IMG/VR virus record: IMGVR_UViG_3300031993_000054
Source of the DNA: an uncultured virus (IMG/VR IMGVR_UViG_3300031993_000054)
Taxonomy: Duplodnaviria; Heunggongvirae; Uroviricota; Caudoviricetes
DNA: 20,000 nucleotides
Strand: one strand, 5' to 3'
Positions 17,817 to 20,000 of the stretch are shown here, piece by piece. Position 1 is the stretch's first letter; each line of letters starts with the position of its first letter. The translations under genes and the position numbers were made by a program. A model generated the notes under the pieces. It was not told the origin of the DNA. It did not search any database and saw nothing but the letters and a program-made list of their open reading frames with translations.

Positions 17817-17821
17817 GACAG

Positions 17822-17852
17822 CAAAGATACGTATTATTTTTGATTAAACAAA
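17822..17852 (-). promoter_or_regulatory. Bacteroidota housekeeping-type promoter for replication genes
   Basis: TTTG (17852-17849), 19 nt, TATCTTTG (17829-17822). Confidence 0.75.
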
Positions 17853-18769
17853 TTTTCTCCCAAATTGAATATCCTCCGCTCTGCCATGTCCCTATATTCC
17901 GGATTCAATTCAATTCCTACGAAATTCCTATGCAAATTCCGTGCCACAATGCCCGTAGTTCCGCTCCCCATGAAGCAATCGAGCACAATTCCTCCCTCCG
18001 GACACCCCGCGAGCACGCACGGCTCGATGAGTTTCGGCGGATATGTGGCAAAATGCGCTTCCTTGTTGGAATACGTTGCGACCGTCCACACGTCCCTCTT
18101 GTTCCGGACGAACCGGCCGTCCTCCTCCTTCGGCACCCACGGATTTCCGGAATAAGTACCACCACCCACGATAGAATCTCCATACTTGGATCCGCCGAAG
18201 CGAATCCCGGGATTCCAATCTTCCTGGGTGACGGCCTCTTCCATGATGGCCTTGTAGTCGAAATAGTACCTGGGACTCTTGCTCAGCAACAGGATATGCT
18301 CGTGGCTGCTGATGCACCTGTCCTTCATCGGCGCCGGCATCGGATTTGCTTTCGCCCAGATGATGTCCTGGCGCAAGTACCAGCCGGCATCACGGAGCGC
18401 GAAGGCCAGCATCCAGGGGATGCCCAGCAGATCCTTCTCCTTGGCGCCCTTCCGGACGGTATGGAGGTTCTTCCGATCTCCAAAGCCGCACCGGCCCTTA
18501 CTGATCACTCCGCATCGGCCAGCGTAGGAATCACCAATCACTATCCAGCAGGTGCCATCCTTCCTCAGTACCCGGTACACCTCAGAGAACACGTCAACGA
18601 GGCGGGCGATGTACTCGCTCGCGTCTTCCTCCTGGCCAATCTGGCCGGGAACGTTGTAGTCTCTCAGGGAGAAGTATGGAGGGGAAGTGACGCAGCAGTG
18701 GACACTCTCATCCTCGAACGTGCGAAGGACGGAGGCTGCATCCCCCAGATAACAGTGATTCAATTCCAT
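17834..18769 (-). CDS. Orphan N4-cytosine/N6-adenine DNA methyltransferase (beta class)
   Basis: Catalytic TSPPY near the N-terminus, IIWAK, HFATYP, SAM-binding DCFMGSGTT, GIELN. Confidence 0.93.
   Translation of the reverse strand: MELNHCYLGDAASVLRTFEDESVHCCVTSPPYFSLRDYNVPGQIGQEEDASEYIARLVDVFSEVYRVLRKDGTCWIVIGDSYAGRCGVISKGRCGFGDRKNLHTVRKGAKEKDLLGIPWMLAFALRDAGWYLRQDIIWAKANPMPAPMKDRCISSHEHILLLSKSPRYYFDYKAIMEEAVTQEDWNPGIRFGGSKYGDSIVGGGTYSGNPWVPKEEDGRFVRNKRDVWTVATYSNKEAHFATYPPKLIEPCVLAGCPEGGIVLDCFMGSGTTGIVARNLHRNFVGIELNPEYRDMAERRIFNLGENLFNQK
17932..17946 (-). promoter_or_regulatory. Sigma54 (RpoN)-type -24/-12 motif inside MTase gene
   Basis: TGGCACG-GAAT-TTGC(A); identical 15-mer at 19636-19650. 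Confidence 0.5.
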
Positions 18770-18788
18770 AGTGTGCCAATACTATTTG

Positions 18789-18871
18789 TGCCCGGCACAG
18801 GATTCGGACCTGCGACCCCACGGTACTTGCTGGATGCCTCCCGTGCGCTCTACCAACTGAGCTAACCAGGC
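18789..18871 (-). tRNA. tRNA-like gene with 17-nt expanded anticodon loop (no assignable anticodon)
   Basis: GCCTGGT/GCCGGGC acceptor, GCTC-AGTTGGTA-GAGC D arm, CACGG-GAGGCATCCAGCAAGTA-CCGTG, T arm GCAGG-TCCGAAT-CCTGT, A73; no encoded CCA. Confidence 0.75.
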
Positions 18872-18875
18872 TTTG

Positions 18876-18949
18876 TTGCGGGGGCGGGACTCGAACCCGC
18901 GACTGTCCTGGTTATGAGCCAGGCGTGCTACCAACTGCTCTACCCCGCT
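18876..18949 (-). tRNA. tRNA-Met(CAT), initiator-like
   Basis: AGCGGGG/CCCCGCA acceptor with 1:72 mismatch, anticodon arm CCTGG-CTCATAA-CCAGG, T arm GCGGG-TTCGAGT-CCCGC, A73. Confidence 0.9.
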
Positions 18950-19001
18950 ATGTCAATTACTGTCTTTCCAGCGTCACCATTGCCCGTAATTGAGCCATGA
19001 A

Positions 19002-19150
19002 CATTATACCGGCAACCCTTTCATCCGACGCACCCGGCATCTAACAGACTTAGAGTGGCATTACCGGGTTGAGGGACCTGGTGCGTCATATTACGGACCT
19101 ATCCAAGACGGTGTGCCTGGTTCGCACCCCCGCATTATAGCCGGAAACCT
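19002..19150 (-). ncRNA. Candidate structured RNA in tRNA spacer
   Basis: Helices GACGCACC/GGTGCGTC, CAACCC/GGGTTG, GGTA/TGCC, TCTAA/TTAGA, GTGC/GCAC; flanked by imperfect 18-nt direct repeats. Confidence 0.4.
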
Positions 19151-19152
19151 CG

Positions 19153-19223
19153 AAGTCCTGACGAGAATCGAACTCGTGCCCGGCAGTTTTCCACCACCCC
19201 CTCTCCCACTGAGGTACAGGACT
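19153..19223 (-). tRNA. tRNA-like gene with degenerate anticodon arm (nominal GAA, G33)
   Basis: AGTCCTG/CAGGACT acceptor, CCTC-AGTGGGA-GAGG D arm, GGTGG-TGGAAAA-CTGCC (two G.U pairs, no U33), T arm ACGAG-TTCGATT-CTCGT, U73. Confidence 0.7.
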
Positions 19224-19270
19224 TACAAATACACAAAAACTTACAAAATCACCGCATCACTGCGGAACTG

Positions 19271-19345
19271 CTCCCGGTAGAGGAATCGAACCCCTATTGC
19301 CATGTGCGATACCGCTAAGCGTCCTGACCGTTAGACGAACCGGGA
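19271..19345 (-). tRNA. tRNA-like gene (Glu/Gln-type D arm) lacking a canonical anticodon loop
   Basis: TCCCGGT/ACCGGGA acceptor, GTCTAACGGTCAGGAC D arm, middle GCTTA-GCG-GTAT-CGC-ACATGGC, T arm AGGGG-TTCGATT-CCTCT, G73. Confidence 0.75.
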
Positions 19346-19354
19346 AAAAGCCTT

Positions 19355-19609
19355 CTACATGGCCGCGAAGAGTTCCTTGTAGTGCTTGGTGCACTCCTCC
19401 TCGGAGGCAAACAGGGTGTTCTCGGGCGTGTTGATGCCATTCTTGAGGGTGTAGATGGCCACGCACTCATCCAGAACGTCCACGCCCTCTTCGTTGGCGT
19501 GCACATTGGTGGCGATGATCTTGATTCCCTGGACGGTGCTGCTCTCAACCTTCTGAGAGGCGTCATTGAAGTACGATACCTGATCGCAAATGTCGAATTT
19601 TGTCTTCAT
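19355..19609 (-). CDS. Hypothetical protein (KTKFDI.D.V, SH3-like small phage protein)
   Basis: ATG 19609 after an A/T-rich leader; 84 aa; LFASEEE C-terminal pattern. Confidence 0.7.
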   Translation of the reverse strand: MKTKFDICDQVSYFNDASQKVESSTVQGIKIIATNVHANEEGVDVLDECVAIYTLKNGINTPENTLFASEEECTKHYKELFAAM

Positions 19610-19635
19610 ATTGTTAAAAATTTGGTTTTCTACTG

Positions 19636-19651
19636 GCAAATTCCGTGCCAA
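19636..19651 (-). promoter_or_regulatory. Sigma54 (RpoN)-type -24/-12 motif, intergenic
   Basis: TTGGCACG-GAAT-TTGC; predicted start ~19624, 15 nt before ATG 19609, upstream of the tRNA cluster. Confidence 0.6.
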
Positions 19652-19653
19652 AC

Positions 19654-19995
19654 TTATCGTTCGTCACCCTCTCCGCCGATTTTTCCACGCTCAGCACGGG
19701 AATGGAGTTTGTCATAGTTCATCTGGGCAATATCCTCAAGGGTAAACCCAAGTTCCTTTGCGCCCATAGCCACATACCAAAGCACGTCGCCGAGTTCGTG
19801 GGCCAGGTCCATCCGGCGTTTCTCGGTTATGACCTTGTGGTCATCACGCTTAACCTTCTTAAACTTATTGGCCACCTCGCCGCTTTCGCCACACAGGCCA
19901 CCAACGCAATAATTTACATCATCCCACTGGGTGTCTCCTTCCTCGTGGTAGTTGGCCGTCTCTGCGGCCTTCATCTGATACTCATTCAGTGTCAT
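19654..19995 (-). CDS. mazG: MazG-like nucleoside triphosphate pyrophosphohydrolase
   Basis: MTLNEYQ, GLCGESGEVANKFKK, HELGDVLWYVA, NYDKL...R motifs. Confidence 0.9.
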   Translation of the reverse strand: MTLNEYQMKAAETANYHEEGDTQWDDVNYCVGGLCGESGEVANKFKKVKRDDHKVITEKRRMDLAHELGDVLWYVAMGAKELGFTLEDIAQMNYDKLHSRAERGKIGGEGDER

Positions 19996-20000
19996 TCAGT

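Noticed and set aside
19060..19100. Twister ribozyme resemblance (TAA...GGTCCC...CCGG)
   Set aside because: Lacks the conserved AAGC loop residues and a closing P1 helix.
19982..20000. TCATTCAGT tandem repeat at the mazG start
   Set aside because: Only two short copies at a stop/start junction on the window edge; cannot be evaluated.
1..20000. CRISPR array, DGR, stop-codon recoding, integrase or IS
   Set aside because: No repeat-spacer array, RT, integrase or transposase motifs; TAA, TAG and TGA all end tightly packed genes.

Overview
A 20-kb segment of a tailed dsDNA phage or prophage (siphovirus-like), most likely infecting a Bacteroidota host. The host is inferred from several TTTG-N19-21-TAnnTTTG promoters, A-rich translation starts with no Shine-Dalgarno, and DUF3127/DUF6371-type genes. 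From left to right: a leftward head/neck/tail operon (tail tube partial, tail terminator, neck, head closure, adaptor, major capsid, decoration, scaffold); back-to-back promoters; a rightward TerL-portal pair; a convergent gap with two terminators and an internal divergent promoter pair; and a long leftward early/replication operon (MazG, tRNA cluster, DNA MTase, D5-like helicase, Toprim primase, YqaJ exonuclease plus partner, SF2 helicase, GNAT, VRR-NUC, DUF3127). Most notable signals: (1) a four-gene tRNA cluster in which three genes keep intact acceptor, D and T arms but have remodelled, non-decoding anticodon arms, with structured spacer RNA; (2) a Gly-Ser tag shared by virion proteins, with an identical GSGSGSGEGA C-terminus on the capsid and tail-terminator proteins encoded by different codons; (3) two identical perfect sigma54-type motifs upstream of the tRNA cluster and the replication genes; (4) a loop-bulge kissing attenuator-like leader before the D5 helicase; (5) a probable divergent pair of small RNAs. 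All family assignments come from motif recognition by eye, not database searches.
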